64,000 nucleotides of DNA from assembly GCA_951406725.2 (NCBI GenBank), contig OX597831.1, positions 35,836,001-35,900,000 of the forward strand, read 5' to 3'. The notes beneath the pieces were generated by a model, which searched no databases, had not been told where the DNA came from, and was given only the letters and a program-made list of their open reading frames with translations. Positions 38,072-51,718 of this stretch are shown here, in pieces (position 1 is the first letter of the stretch; the number at the start of each line of letters is the position of its first letter). The DNA is from Octopus vulgaris. Lineage: Eukaryota. Both the position numbers and the translations under genes were made by a program.

Positions 38072-40850
38072 ACTAGACTACCGGTGACCCGTTGGTTTCA
38101 CTGATGGTTGAGGTTATAAAATATTGAAGCTGATTTCAACATTGCATTGAAATGAAAGTTAATTTTATGATGATTCAGTTAAATATTTCAGTTCATTCGT
38201 GTCGCCATAGGTCTGGCTTACAAGTTCAGGTTTAAGGTTTTATTGATTTTTTTTACAGCATCTACTAGAAATAGAACTTCCGGGATAAACTTGAACACCA
38301 GTAACAACATTGATTTATGGCATATGTGCACATTTCTACAAAAATGCAAAAGTAATTGTAATATAACGTAAACATAAAATTAATGGAAACAATTTTCCCA
38401 TTTCAGGTTATGTTACTTTCGGAGCGTTTTCCCATTAAGCATCTTTTTGGCTATTTATGAAGGTACACCCAAAAACTGCGTATCTCAGGAATCCGCGGTC
38501 TGATTTAAGCGAAACTTGTTTTATTCCGTTTGTATTCATATTTCAAAGGTGCCCTTACTTTTAGAGTATTTTCCCCTCATGCATCGGTTTGGCTGTATTA
38601 ACTTACAGACTGGCACAGACAAGCAAGCATACAAACAAAAATGGCATAACCAGAGATGTGTACACCCCACCTTTCCGAGTTTGTTACCTCATAACTTCCA
38701 GAAAAATGGATAGTTTTTAACGAAATTTTCAACAAATACCACTTAGATGCTGTGAATTTAAAGTATACAGGGATTTATGGGAACGAGTTTTTTTGAAGGG
38801 TTAGGCAGAGGAGTTTTGGAAAATTCACACGATCCGACATTTTACCCTCATAACTTTCAGGGAAAGGAATATCTTTTAGTGAAATTTTATACAAATGCCT
38901 TTCAAACGGTATAGATTACGATTATAAAGAATTTTTTTGGGGAAAATTTTCCTGAGGGAATGGGGAGAGAAGTTTCGTATCAGGAAGACCAAGTAAGTTG
39001 TAACTATTACGTTTTGACGAGGGTTTTCTCCATTTTTTTAATAAAACTACAGCCTTTGAAATGATGTAGGTGGGGAACATCTTTTTATTAAAAAAAAGTT
39101 TAAGCATTTTTGTACACTCCGCCTCATCATCCCACTCCGGATCGATTTTGGCCAATTGTTTTGCGCTTCAAAATTATGAGAAGAGACTTTACGTTAAAAA
39201 GACAAAAATATATATATATAAATGAAATTGTTGATATTTTCAGAGGAAAAAGTGAATGATTTAACAGAGATTTCACCGTTGTTTCCAGCAAATCCCAAGA
39301 CAACCCTGCACGTTTTTTTTTCTCACTCTCGAATGCATTGATGTTTTTCAATATTGTTCTCCCCATAAATACATTTATATGCTATAAAAAACTTTGAAAA
39401 ATTATAATTTTTTAGCAATCCCATTCCCTACTTCCGATTGTTTCTGTATATAAATTAATATATTGGAGAGCCTGAGAAGGTCATTGCTGGCACTTATCCG
39501 CAGTGGTATGCAAACGATAATTCATTTTAAGGCGGCGAGCTGGCAGAAACGTTAGCACGCCGGGCGAAATGCGTAGCCGTATTTTGTCTGTCGTTACGTC
39601 CTGAGTTCAAATTCCGCCGAGGTCGACTTTGCCTCTCATCCTTTCGGGGTCGATAAATTAAGTACCAGTTACGCACTGGGGTCGACGTAATCGACTTAAT
39701 CCGTTTGTCTGTCCTTGTTTGTCCCATCTGTGTTTAGCCCCTTGTGGGTAGTAAAGAAATAGATAATTCATTTTAATAGCTTATTTTTCTATTAGAAATT
39801 TTTTTTACACGCACACTCGGCTTCACTTCATGTGAGATGGGGGTAAAAATTTAAATTACAATCTCTTTTTCTGTTGCTTATATTCCACCAACAGATCACG
39901 CGTGTGTTACTTCGACATCATCATTCCATAGGATGTGTTTAATGGGAGAAAAATATTGAGAAAACATCAAAACATGTGAGAATGAAAACGGAGGGTGGTT
40001 TTGGGATGTGCTAGAAACAACAGATAAATCTCTCTTGAATCCTGCCCCTTTTCCTCAAAAATAAAAAATAAAAAATGTCAATTTTTTTTTTACCCAACTG
40101 GGTTCCCCCAGTGTTTTTAAGTTAAAAAAATTGGCCAAATCGATCCGGAGGAAGAATTACAAAAATTTTCAAAGCTTTCTTTCATAAAAAGATGCCTCCC
40201 ACCATTTCGAAAGCTGTGATGAAATAAAAAATGAGAAAAATTCCTGTAAAAACGAAATAGTTCCAACTTATTTAGTCTTCCTGATCCGAAACGCCTCTCC
40301 CCACCTGCTCGATAAAAATGTTCTACCCTAATTTCTTTATAATCATAATCTATGCCATTTGAAGGGTATTTGTATAAAATTTCATTAAAAGAAATCCGTT
40401 TTCCTGAAAGTTGAGGGAAAATATCGGATCATGTAGATTTTCCGAAACTCTTTTTCCCCCACTCCACCCACTCCATCCACTTGGAAAAATTCTCTCCCAT
40501 AAACCCCTATATCTTCTGAATCCACAGCATCTAAGCGAATTTCGTGCAAAATTTTCTTAAAAAGTATCCATTTTTCTGGAAGTTATGAGGCAACAAACTC
40601 GGTGTGGTACACATCTGTAGTTATTCCAGCAAAACTATCTGGGTATTCGTAGTAAAAGGCAATAACTCCAGCTTTCACTGCTTGAATTTGTGGAAGCAAA
40701 CCCCACCCACCTCACCAAAAAGAAGAAAAACATATATCTTGGAGCCCCGTGGTTCAATTTAAGCATAACTAGTTTTATTCCGTTTGTACTTCAGGGGTAC
40801 TTTACATTCAGAATATTTTTCCACTAAGCGCCGGTTTGACTGTATTAAAT
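38072..40850. mobile_element. Non-coding element of about 2.8 kb with long imperfect internal inverted repeats (Helitron/foldback-like)
   Basis: About 38655-39156 is inverted relative to about 40128-40616. A direct repeat GTTTTATTCCGTTTGTA...CGGTTTG.CTGTATTAA occurs near 38518 and 40772. The element starts ACTAG..GACCCG after (TA)n. Confidence 0.6.
39531..39761 (+). mobile_element. SINE family A with perfect 15-bp TSD
   Basis: GATAATTCATTTTAA at 39516-39530 and 39762-39776. Confidence 0.95.
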
Positions 40851-40951
40851 TACAACACGCTCTCGTGCAAGGAAGATCGCAAGGACCTCGTGTGTACCGT
40901 TTGCGATTTGTTTCCTCTGTCTTCCCTTCTCTGGATCTTTCCTTCTCCTAT

Positions 40952-40986
40952 GTTTCCGACGAAGAGCTCCGCTCGAAACGTTAAAC
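40952..40986 (+). ncRNA. Minimal hammerhead ribozyme variant in a Penelope-like pseudo-LTR (approx. 40851-41078, followed by (TA)n)
   Basis: GTTT-CCGACGAA-GAGC-TCC-GCTC-GAAA-CG-TT-AAAC. Stem I is GTTT/AAAC, stem II is perfect and GAAACGTT is the short stem III type seen in Penelope elements. The core has a U-to-C change. Confidence 0.7.
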
Positions 40987-41075
40987 TCTCCTTCTTTCCT
41001 GAGCGTCCAATAATACTATATTTGTTCCACGTCCTCGCGTTGTTGTGTTTTTTTGTGCTTTCTTGTTGGGATTAA

Positions 41076-41156
<81 letters not shown>

Positions 41157-41771
41157 CTTGTTTGTTAATTTTATGATATGCTAAAAATGCACTGAACCAC
41201 TGAACGAAAGACTCAAATACTATTCGTAGAGGCTAAATAATATTTAATATTAATAGGGTTTGTTAATTTGGAAATTTAACTGTTAAGACTGGCTTCTCTA
41301 AATAATTTGTAATCGGAGAATTATATAAGTTTCAATGGAAGCATAAAACTTGTATCCTTGGAATACAGATACATTATTCTCAGTGGATTGTGTGATTACA
41401 GCTCGCGGCCATTGCAATACATTGTGACATAATCCATGACATACATCGGGAAATGCATGGTGAAGAGCTAAAAATATCTTGACCAATAAATTTAACAAGA
41501 GCTGACACTCTTGGTTATAATTTCAGCGAACTGCTCTCTTCTTATATTATAAAACAGAACGTCAGCTTTCGTTAGATTCATTGGTCCAGAAGCGTTTCTG
41601 GCTGACAATACATAACAATGTCGAAAGACCGGTTGCACCAGATTCTGTTGTGCTAATGGGTCGAGTGTATTATGTTTTCCTGTGACAAAGCACAATAACA
41701 ATTAATATATTGTTCGAATCTGCCCGAAAGCATTTATATCAAATATGCAAGTTACCAACATGTAATAAAAT

Positions 41772-41943
41772 AGGCGCAGGAGTGGCTGTGTGGTAAGTAG
41801 CTTGCTAACCAACCACATGGTTCCGGGTTCAGTCCCACTGCGTAGCATCTTGGGCAAGTGTCTTCTGCTATAGCCCCGGGCCGACCAATGCCTTGTGAGT
41901 GGATTTGGTAGACGGAAACTGAAAGAAGCCTGTTGTATATATG

Positions 41944-41976
<33 letters not shown>

Positions 41977-42185
41977 TTGTGTGTCTGTGTCTATCCCCCT
42001 AGCATTGCTTGACAACCGATGCTGGTGTGTTTGCGTCCCCGTCACTTAGCGGTTCGGCAAAAGAGACTGGTGGAATAAGTACTGGGCTTACAAAGAATAA
42101 GTCCCGGGGTCGATTTGCTCGACTGAAGGCGGTGCTCCAGCATGGCCGCAGTCAAATGACTGAAACAAGTAAAAGAGTAAAGAGT
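41772..42185 (+). mobile_element. SINE family B, full length, young
   Basis: Family match throughout. Confidence 0.9.
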
Positions 42186-42907
42186 ATATATATATATATA
42201 TATATCAATAACGTTATACGTTATTGCATATACGTTATTCATTCTTAATACTTTCTGGAAGATTCGAATTTGATCCGTGTTGTTTTCCGCCACCGGAGAA
42301 CTCTTTCTCTACTCAAGCAATATGTGTTTTGTGCGTTTGTGTTTTGTGTTTAGGCTTTATTGATGGTAAAATACTACCCCATACTCGATTCACATATAAT
42401 AAACATAAAAAGAAACCATGAAATATATCAAGCATTTACGGTTGAATAATTTTTAATTTTTGACAATAAGTATTTTATAGTTGAGGCTATATTTTCATGA
42501 TACTTTTTAAGCCTATTGCAAAGTGCCCGAACAACAAGCCAATAAAATTTTCAATCCATTCCAACGAAGTGACAGAAAATGTCTTAAAACATTATTGGGC
42601 TTAAGAGTGCTATTAAGCATAAAGAACGAATAAGATTATAAGAGAAAACCTGCATATAAAGATTTAACTTATGTATGTATGTATGTATGTATGTATGTAT
42701 GCATGCATGCATGCATGCATGCATGCATGTATGTATGTATGTATGTATGTATGTATGTATATATGCATGTATATATGCACGTGTGTATATATGTATATAT
42801 GTATGTATATATGTATATATGTATGTATATATGCATGTACAAGGTAATGCACGTGTGTGTACGTACGTACATACATACGTACACACACATACACACACAA
42901 ACACATG

Positions 42908-42942
<35 letters not shown>

Positions 42943-43038
42943 GTCATATGTGTGTGTGTTTGTATGTAGTATTATATACGTACGTACATACGCGTACACA
43001 CACGCGTACGTACATACATATATATACACATAAATATG

Positions 43039-43392
43039 GGATAGTGGTACAATAATGCACCAAATTTTACTGGAAATAGCAGTCGATAATATACGACGCT
43101 ATAGTAAAGTTTCAATATATATATATATATTTATATATATATATCTTGGCGAAGATGTCTGTGGGTGGCGAACATTAAAAAATTTCATCTTACCTGTTGG
43201 AAGAACATTAAATAAATGTACAGCCCAGATGTGGATAATCTAGGATCTACGTTTCGAACTTTCCAAATTACGTTTGTTAACGTAAATTTGATTAATTCTC
43301 TTCGGCTAGATTCACCAAGACAAAATCTCACATGTCGCTATATAAATGCCAGTATTTCCAGTAAATATTGGTGCATTGTTGTACTACCATCC
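43039..43392. mobile_element. MITE with imperfect TIRs of about 40-60 bp
   Basis: GGATAGTGGTACAATAATGCACCAAATTTTACTGGAAATA vs TATTTCCAGTAAATATTGGTGCATTGTTGTACTACCATCC. Confidence 0.75.
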
Positions 43393-43452
43393 TATATTTA
43401 TACTTTAACCTGATGGAGATTTGTTTTACTGGGAAACAATACTACCGTATTG

Positions 43453-43521
<69 letters not shown>

Positions 43522-43563
43522 CATACATACATACACACACATATATATACATATACATATACA

Positions 43564-43646
<83 letters not shown>

Positions 43647-43760
43647 TCTATAAATGTACGTACATTTATACATATAATGTCTGCGTGTGTGTGTATATAT
43701 ATATTTATAGTTGCATAACTTTATGTAAATATATATTATGTAAGCATATATATATATATA

Positions 43761-43914
43761 GGCACATGAGTGGCTTTGTGATAAATAGCTTGCTTACCAA
43801 CCACATGGTTCCGGGTTCACTCCCACAAGTGTCTTCTTTTATAGCCTCGGGCCGACCAAAGCCTTGTGAGTGGATTTGGTGGGCGGAAACTGAAAGAAAC
43901 CCGTCGTATATATG

Positions 43915-43988
<74 letters not shown>

Positions 43989-44186
43989 TGTGTCTGTGTT
44001 TGTCCCCCTAACATCGCTTGACAACAGATGGCGGTGTGTTTACGTCCCCGTAACTTAGCAGTTCGCCAAAATATACCGATAGAATAAGTACTAGACTTCC
44101 AAAGAATAAGTCCTGGGGTCCATGTGCTCGACTAAAGGCGATTCTCCAGCATGGCCGCAGTCAAACTACTGAAGCAAGTAAAAGAG

Positions 44187-44187
<1 letters not shown>
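43761..44187 (+). mobile_element. SINE family B
   Basis: Family match with a small deletion in the core. Confidence 0.85.
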
Positions 44188-44254
<67 letters not shown>

Positions 44255-44439
44255 GTTGTTTGATGGGTAAATGAGCTGTCTTTTTTATTCAAATATAACG
44301 ATTGGGAAGCATAAAGTTCATTTAGGAACTGAAACATGTTATAATGTATATATATATAAAAATGAAAACAAAAATTGTATAATACAACGCGAGGACATTT
44401 TCGAACTTCATTTTTTACGCTCAGGAAAGGGAAGAATAG

Positions 44440-44473
<34 letters not shown>

Positions 44474-44639
44474 AAAGATCAATATATATGTATGTATGTA
44501 TGTATGTACACGCGGTCGCAAAAATGTATATATGTCTTTATATTATGTGTATCGACAGAGACAGGCACCACGTGTACACAGAGGAGAATGAACACCACAG
44601 ATGAGAGACCATAATATTCGAATATATAACTGGCTTCAG

Positions 44640-44822
44640 CAGTTTTGTGGGGAGGGGCCAAGTTAATTAAATCGACCCCATTGTTCAACTAGTATTTTAT
44701 CAACCCCGAGAGGATGACAAGCAAAGTCGACCTCGGTGGAATTTGAACCCAGACCGTAAAGACGGACGAAATGTCGCTAAGCATTTCACCCGGTGTGCTA
44801 ACGATTAAGGCCAGCTCGCCAC
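44640..44822 (-). mobile_element. SINE family A
   Basis: GCAAAGTCGACCTCGGTGGAATTTGAAC...GCCAGCTCGCC. Confidence 0.8.
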
Positions 44823-45384
44823 CCTATTCAAGTATATAATTAACATGTGAAATCACCCCCCACCTCAAAATGGGGTTGGGATCCTTCTTTTAAGAGATAA
44901 CTTACGGAAAGAAATTGATATAAATAAATTAATTAAATTGGACACATTTTTGTTTCACGGGTGTATTTAATGACTTCCATCAACATACAGAAAGAAAAAA
45001 TTAATATTGCTAAAATATTTATTTTAATTTCTTTTCTTTCTTCCATGTCTCTAGTGAAGCTGAATGCATTTTGAAATTTCTCTTCTAATACGCTTTCTCC
45101 TCTCAAAATTCACATCATTTGCTCCATACATTATCATGTTTTCCATCTTTAGAAATTCTAAATTTTAATTGAAAATTCATTCATTTGCCTCTCAGCTCTA
45201 TGTCTTCCGTCTTGGTGGTAATTATTATCATTTTATGCACGTCTTTTGCTCCTAATTTAAAAGACATTTATCATTTACGTCCACTTTATGCAAAACAATT
45301 TATACGAATCTCTCCTAGACGTTACTACCTGTAAATAAAATTGAATGACATTTGCTATGGCTCTTGCAAATTTAACCCTGCTTA

Positions 45385-45950
45385 CGTCACTTAAGCTCTC
45401 GCCTTGGAGTATAGACCATCGACGACTTTTCTCCATCCTTCTCAGCTTCGTGCTGTCTTTACTCCAAGTCTTGTGTTGGTTTTGAATTGTTATCGATTCT
45501 TCTGTAACTTGCTTTTCTACGTATATCTATTTTTACCTCTGGTGGAGACGCGTGGCTTAGTGGTTAGGGTGTCAGCACCATGATCGTAAGATTGTGGTTT
45601 CGATTCCTGGACTGGGCGATGCGTTGTTTTCTTGAGCAAAACACTTCATTTCACGTTGCCCCAGTCCACTCAGCTGGCGAAAATGTGTAATCTTGCGACG
45701 GACCTGCGTCCCTTCCATACGGGGAGTTTATGCGCCATGAAACCAGGAAATTGGTCCGTACGAGTCGCTATACTCGAGACGGTGACTTCACTGTTAATTT
45801 TAACTCTGGGACGAGGTCGCTATTTATCTGGCCTCCATCCTTTCACTTCTGCAACATGGGACGCTCTAGCAGGAGCTTGCACTCCATTAACATAGCTCTC
45901 AGGGTCAGTGAGGCACAGAATCTACCACACAGTTACACAGCCACAAGCAC
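45385..45950 (-). mobile_element. RTE-clade LINE relic with a tRNA-SINE (approx. 45545-45780, plus) inside
   Basis: Minus strand KTARS*EGWRKVVDGLYS resembles the RTE C-terminal A.DR..WR..V.GL.S motif. CATAGCTCTCAGGGTCA resembles RTE 5' regions. The SINE head is TGGCTTAGTGGTTAGGG...GGTTTCGATTCC. Confidence 0.5.
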
Positions 45951-46536
45951 TTGACTTTGTATATTCATACTTGCAATCATGAATATTTATTTCTCATTGA
46001 GGAGTTTTGATAAAAAACAACTCCTACATTGCTGGCTACTATATCACGCTAAGCATAATTAATATTTTCCCATTAAGCATAATTAATATTTTCCCATGCA
46101 TTCTGTATTTTAAAGTTATATGAAAGTTCAAATTAAGCAATTTTTTCTCATTCCTTTTTCAACCGTCTGGGCGTTAGCTGCAGGCCTTGAATGGGTGCTG
46201 CCACCCAATGTTCTATTGGCTCTCATATTTCGTGGTAAAGCTACGACTATAACGTCTTGATATAGGTCACTAAACGAAAATGGATATATTGCCGATCAAT
46301 AGTAACTGTTGCACGTTGAGTATTATAGTGTCAATGATGTCTTGCAAACAACTTGCACATGCAAGTGCTACCAGTCGAGAACTCCGCATACCGGAAGCCA
46401 GCAAGTGTATGGCGTCATTAGGAAAGAATGCACCCCGTTTCGGGGTCTACCTCTCGACAGCATCAATGCACACCGCGACCCCCTCACTGATATGAAGCCC
46501 CGCTTGCTAGATCAACTGTTTATTAAATAAAGCTCA

Positions 46537-46686
46537 TTATTTCTCTAGCCATTGCTCATCGTCTCTTTTTAACCAAATCCAGTGGCTAGCCTTCTCCACT
46601 GTAGTTTGGATATCGGTCATGGTGGTATTGACTTTACGATGAGTTAGGCCTAACAATAACAACAGTCGTCTCACATTGTGTCCAAC
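46537..46686 (-). pseudogene. HERO-clade (RLE) non-LTR retrotransposon C-terminus, with 3' UTR extending toward about 46150
   Basis: VGHNVRRLLLLLGLTHRKVNTTMTDIQTTVEKASHWIWLKRDDEQWLEK* matches the HERO-type terminal motif AE..S.WLWLKR....W. Confidence 0.7.
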
Positions 46687-47441
46687 TCATTAATAATATA
46701 TTAAATCTAAATTTATAAATTTAGTAAATCTTTGGATCTCAAAACAGTTCGTGAACGAATTTTCAGGTAAATACTATGCAACCCAGCTTTCTGTTGGATT
46801 TCCAATAATCTGCTGTACAAGCTTTCTGCCTCAATTAGTATAACCTCACGTGGGTTTTCAATTTAGATCCATAGCTAAATTATATCACAATAAAAGGTTG
46901 GGAAGCCCATGTAAGAGCTTATCAACCAATCAGCATTGGCTGACAAGTAGCAATGAACGACAGGAACATTAAAAAACGTTATATTAAATTCCTATTAAAT
47001 TTTTTATCGAAGTTTCCACAAGTTTTGCCAAGGATTATAAAAATGTAGACCCAACAATAAAGTGCATTTCCGTATATTATCTTAAACAGTTTATATCCTA
47101 AATATGTACAAGTAAAATCATAATGTATCAAAAAACATTCTTGCCAAGATTACGTGATACTTAAATCTTTGCAACATGTGAAGTAAAGAGAATATCTTTT
47201 TAATAACGTTATGTGATTTAGTTTCCTTATTCTCTATTATGTTTATAACAATTAAGTAGATAATTACATAGAAATATGTTTAGCAATAAATAGATATGTA
47301 TGTGTAAATGTTGTCATTACAACATAAGGATAATTACCTTTGCTGAACATTGGTGCAGCTTTCCAGCTTGTCAGCTCTGGTCAAACCATCCAACCCATGC
47401 CAACATGGGAAACGAACGTTAAAAGATGATGATGATGGTGA

Positions 47442-47475
<34 letters not shown>

Positions 47476-47859
47476 GGTGGTGGTGGTGATGATGATGATA
47501 GTAGTGGTGGTGGTGGCGATGATGATGATATATGTCCTTCATATAAAAATGAAAAACAATTTACTGCCACAATGATTAACAGAAATTTCAGCTTCTTTCA
47601 TTCAACCGCACAGTTTGGAGACTGCCTCAGCTCTCTCTCTTATGTCGTCCCTAATTCTACCCATGGAAGCAGATTCTGTCGCCAAGGCAACAGACATTGA
47701 ATGACTTCTGTGGGAATACCATTTTCATAATAAACAAATACACATATGATATTAATATTATGATTGAACATAATGAAAATTATTCACTGAATCATGAAAG
47801 CAAATTTTCTGGTGTTTTATTATTATTCCCTACCTTATCTATCTATCTATATCTATCTA

Positions 47860-48009
<150 letters not shown>

Positions 48010-48121
48010 CACACACATGTATCTGTTTATCAGTGCATGTATGTAGAGAAATATTTAGTATTGTATACATGTATGTGCGCATTTAACACTTGCATATATA
48101 CATATCATATATATATATATG

Positions 48122-48166
<45 letters not shown>

Positions 48167-48321
48167 ATATACATGTATGCATACATACATACACACATGC
48201 ATGCATGCATACATGCATACATATATATATATGTATATATATACATATATATACATTTATATATATGTATATATGTATAAATATGTATATATATACATAT
48301 AAAAGTATATATGTACATATA

Positions 48322-48359
<38 letters not shown>

Positions 48360-48365
48360 TAAATA

Positions 48366-48410
<45 letters not shown>

Positions 48411-48693
48411 GCACACATATATATATATATCATATATCATATATAATATGCACTCATAATATTTACTCAGGCATGTTTTTATGTATATATATGTCTATTG
48501 TACACTTGTGTGTAAATGTGAAAGTAGTATGTGTGTGTGTATATATATATATGTGAATGTACATGATGATTTGAGTCAAATTCGATGTAGTATAATGTGT
48601 ATTGATGTTACTATACATATGTGTATTTGTGTGTATGAGTATGTATATGTGCATGTAATATTCATGTGTATTTGATGTATAAGTGTGTATATA

Positions 48694-49933
48694 TCAGGTC
48701 ATCCCATAAGTTCTGTCCAAATTTTGAATAAAAAAAACAAGTGATCAAATGTTATATTTTATTGAAATTTAATCATCAATGTACTTTTCATGATTATCTA
48801 TGACTTCCTTCCATCCATGTACACGCTTTTTAATCCCATCAATGTAAAACCCTTTTGGATTCAAAGCAAAGAACTCTGAAACGTCAGTTTTGACTTCCTC
48901 CTGGCTTGCGAAAGTTATGTCCCCCAAATGATTCTGTAAACTACGAAACAAATGGTTGTCTGAAGGAGCAAGGTCGGGAGAATAAGGTGGATGAAGAATT
49001 TTTTCCCAACCAAGCTCTTTGATCTTCTGTGATGTGATCTTTGCAGTGTGGAGTCACGCATTGTCTTGATGAAACACCACTCCATTTCGATTCACTAAAG
49101 CGGGTCTTTTTCTCTTCAAAGCTTGGTTCAAACGCTCTAATTGCTGACAGTAGACTTGAACATTGATTGTTGCATTAGGTGGTAAGAATTCAAAGTGAAT
49201 TACTCCTTTGCAATCCCACCAGATAGAGGGAAGAACCTTTTTTCCATGAAGTTCCCTTCTCGGTTGTGGTTGAGTCTTTTCCCTTTTACCAAGCCACTGT
49301 TTATGACATTAATTTCGATTGAAGATCCATTTTTCCTCACCAGTCACAAGTCTATCCAAAAAGGGTGAAATGAGTTCAATAGAATAGAGAGAGGAGCTGA
49401 TGTCAACTCGGGATTTGTGGTTGTTTTCGGACAATTCATGAGACACACATTTTCCAAGTTTAGGAATATTTCTAAGTTGTTGAAAATGATGATGAACAGT
49501 TGTATGGTTTGAACTAAGCTTTATTACCAATTATTCAACTGATAATGCAGGATTTTCTTCAAGTAATGCCTCAAGGAGCTTATCATCAAACTCAACTGGG
49601 TATCCTGTTTGATCTTCATCTTCAAGGTTGAAATCTTCACTTCTGAATTTTGCAAACCATCTTCTGCAAGTTCTTTCATTCAAGCATTCTTTCCCATAAA
49701 CTGAGTGTATGTTTCAAGTCGCTTCGGCTGCAGAGTTTCCTTTTTTGTACTCATAAAGCATTATGTGCCTCAAATGCTCTTTGGATACTTCCATGTTAGA
49801 AAGGGTTTTAATCAAAGAAATTTTAATTCAATTATTCTGTAAAATAATATTTAATTAGTTTAAATGTACACAAATGCATAAAAATAATTTTTAATTCCAT
49901 TAAACATTGTAAAATACTATTAAATTTCATTCA

Positions 49934-49940
<7 letters not shown>
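48694..49940 (-). mobile_element. Mariner (D,D34D) transposon, near full length, one TIR visible
   Basis: TA|TCAGGTCATCCCATAAGTTCTGTCC at 48694. The other end runs into (TA)n. Confidence 0.85.
48769..49794 (-). pseudogene. Mariner transposase pseudogene
   Basis: MEVSKEHLRHIMLYEYKKGNSAAEAT*...RWFAKFRS...LVTGEEKWIF...FHQDNA*LH...HPPYSPDLAPSDNHLFRSLQN...KYIDD*. Several in-frame stops. Confidence 0.92.
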
Positions 49941-49973
<33 letters not shown>

Positions 49974-49975
<2 letters not shown>

Positions 49976-50145
49976 CACCCACTACACTCACGGAGTGGTT
50001 GACATTAGGAAGATCATCCAGCAGTAGAAACACTGCCAAATCAGATTGGAGTCTGGTGCAGCCTCCTGGCTTCCCTGACCCCAGTCGAACTGTCCAACCC
50101 ATGCTAGCATGGAAAACGGACGTTAAATAATGATGTTGATGATTA
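49974..50145 (+). mobile_element. Repeat family E
   Basis: AAGCACCCACTACACTCACGGAGTGGTTG...GCATGGAAAACGGACGTTAAA. Confidence 0.85.
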
Positions 50146-50161
50146 TGATAATAATAATAAC

Positions 50162-50192
<31 letters not shown>

Positions 50193-50454
50193 GTTTCTGA
50201 TTTAGCTACATGACTCACTGGCTACTGGCGATAAGTTCAGGCAATTATTACACTGATGATGACATTTGAGGCAGAAGCATATCTGCACTTCTCCCCCCTT
50301 ATCTCCATACAATAAGTCTGTCCTTTCCTGTAATGGCATGTCCATTTTGGAGAATTTTTGAATTTTGAGATTATCTCCCCTTCTCAAGTAGAACTAGTCA
50401 TTACTTTCCCATAGTAATTATAATATGTCCTCTAGAGACATAGGCATGTTTGAA

Positions 50455-50778
50455 AATGGCTGCATGGTAAAAAGCTTACTTCCCAACCACATGGTTCCAA
50501 GTTCAGTCCCACTGCATGGCACCTTGGGCAAGTGTCTTCTACCATAGCTTGGGCCTGACCAAAGACTTGTGAGTGGATTTGATGGATGGAAACTGAAAGA
50601 AGCCTGTCGTACACATACATACATACATAAATACATACACATATATGTGCATATATATATATGTGTGTATGTGTGCGTATGTGTGTGTATATGTGTGTAT
50701 GAGTATGTGTGTGTATCTTAGAGGATGTGCTTGTCCCCTCCCACCAAAATTTCAGGTCTTCTGCCTTTAGCAGAAAGG

Positions 50779-50850
<72 letters not shown>

Positions 50851-51053
50851 TATTTATTTATTGCTCACAGGGGTCTAAATATAGAGGTGACAAACAAGGA
50901 AAGACAAAGGGATTAAGTTGATTACATCGACCCCAGTGATTAACTAGTACTTATTTAATCCACCCCGAAAGGATGAAAGACAAAGTTGACCTTGGCGGAA
51001 TTTGAACTCAGAATGTAATGACAGATGAAATACTGCTATTATTATTATCATTA

Positions 51054-51117
<64 letters not shown>

Positions 51118-51718
51118 GGCAGTGAGCTTGCAGAATCCTTAGCACACCGGATGAAATTCTTAGTGGTATTTTGTCCAACTTTACATTCTGAGTTCAAATT
51201 CCACTGTGGTCAACTTTGCCTTTCATCCTTTTGGGGTTGATAAAATAAGTACCAGTTGTGCACTGGGGTTGATGTAATTGGCTTACCCCCCTCCTCCGAA
51301 ATTGCTGGCTTTGTGTCAGAATTTGAAATCATTATTATGGTTTTACTCTTTTATTTGTTTCAGTCATTTGACTGCAGCCATGCTGGAGCACCACCAGAAC
51401 TTATTCTTTGTAAGCTTAGTACTTATTCTATCAGTCTCTTTTACCAAAACACTAATTTTCAAGGCCTTATGCCTAGAGTAGAAATAATTATGTAGCTAAT
51501 CTAAGGTGGTGAGCTGGCAGAATTGTTAGCACACTGGGCAAAATGCTTAGCGGTATTTTGCCCATCGCTACATTCTGAGTTCAAATTCCGCTGAAGTTGA
51601 CTTTGCCTTTCATCCTTTTGGGGTCAATAAATTAAGTACCAGTTGCATAGTGGAGTTGATCTAATCGACTGGCCCCCTTCCCCCAAATTTTAGGCCATGT
51701 GCCTAGAGTAGAAAGGAT
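50455..51718. mobile_element. SINE cluster: family B head (approx. 50455-50610), family A minus (approx. 50855-51037), family A plus (approx. 51118-51328 and 51504-51718), family B tail minus (approx. 51340-51445)
   Basis: Diagnostic family motifs interleaved with (ATT)n tracts. Confidence 0.8.
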
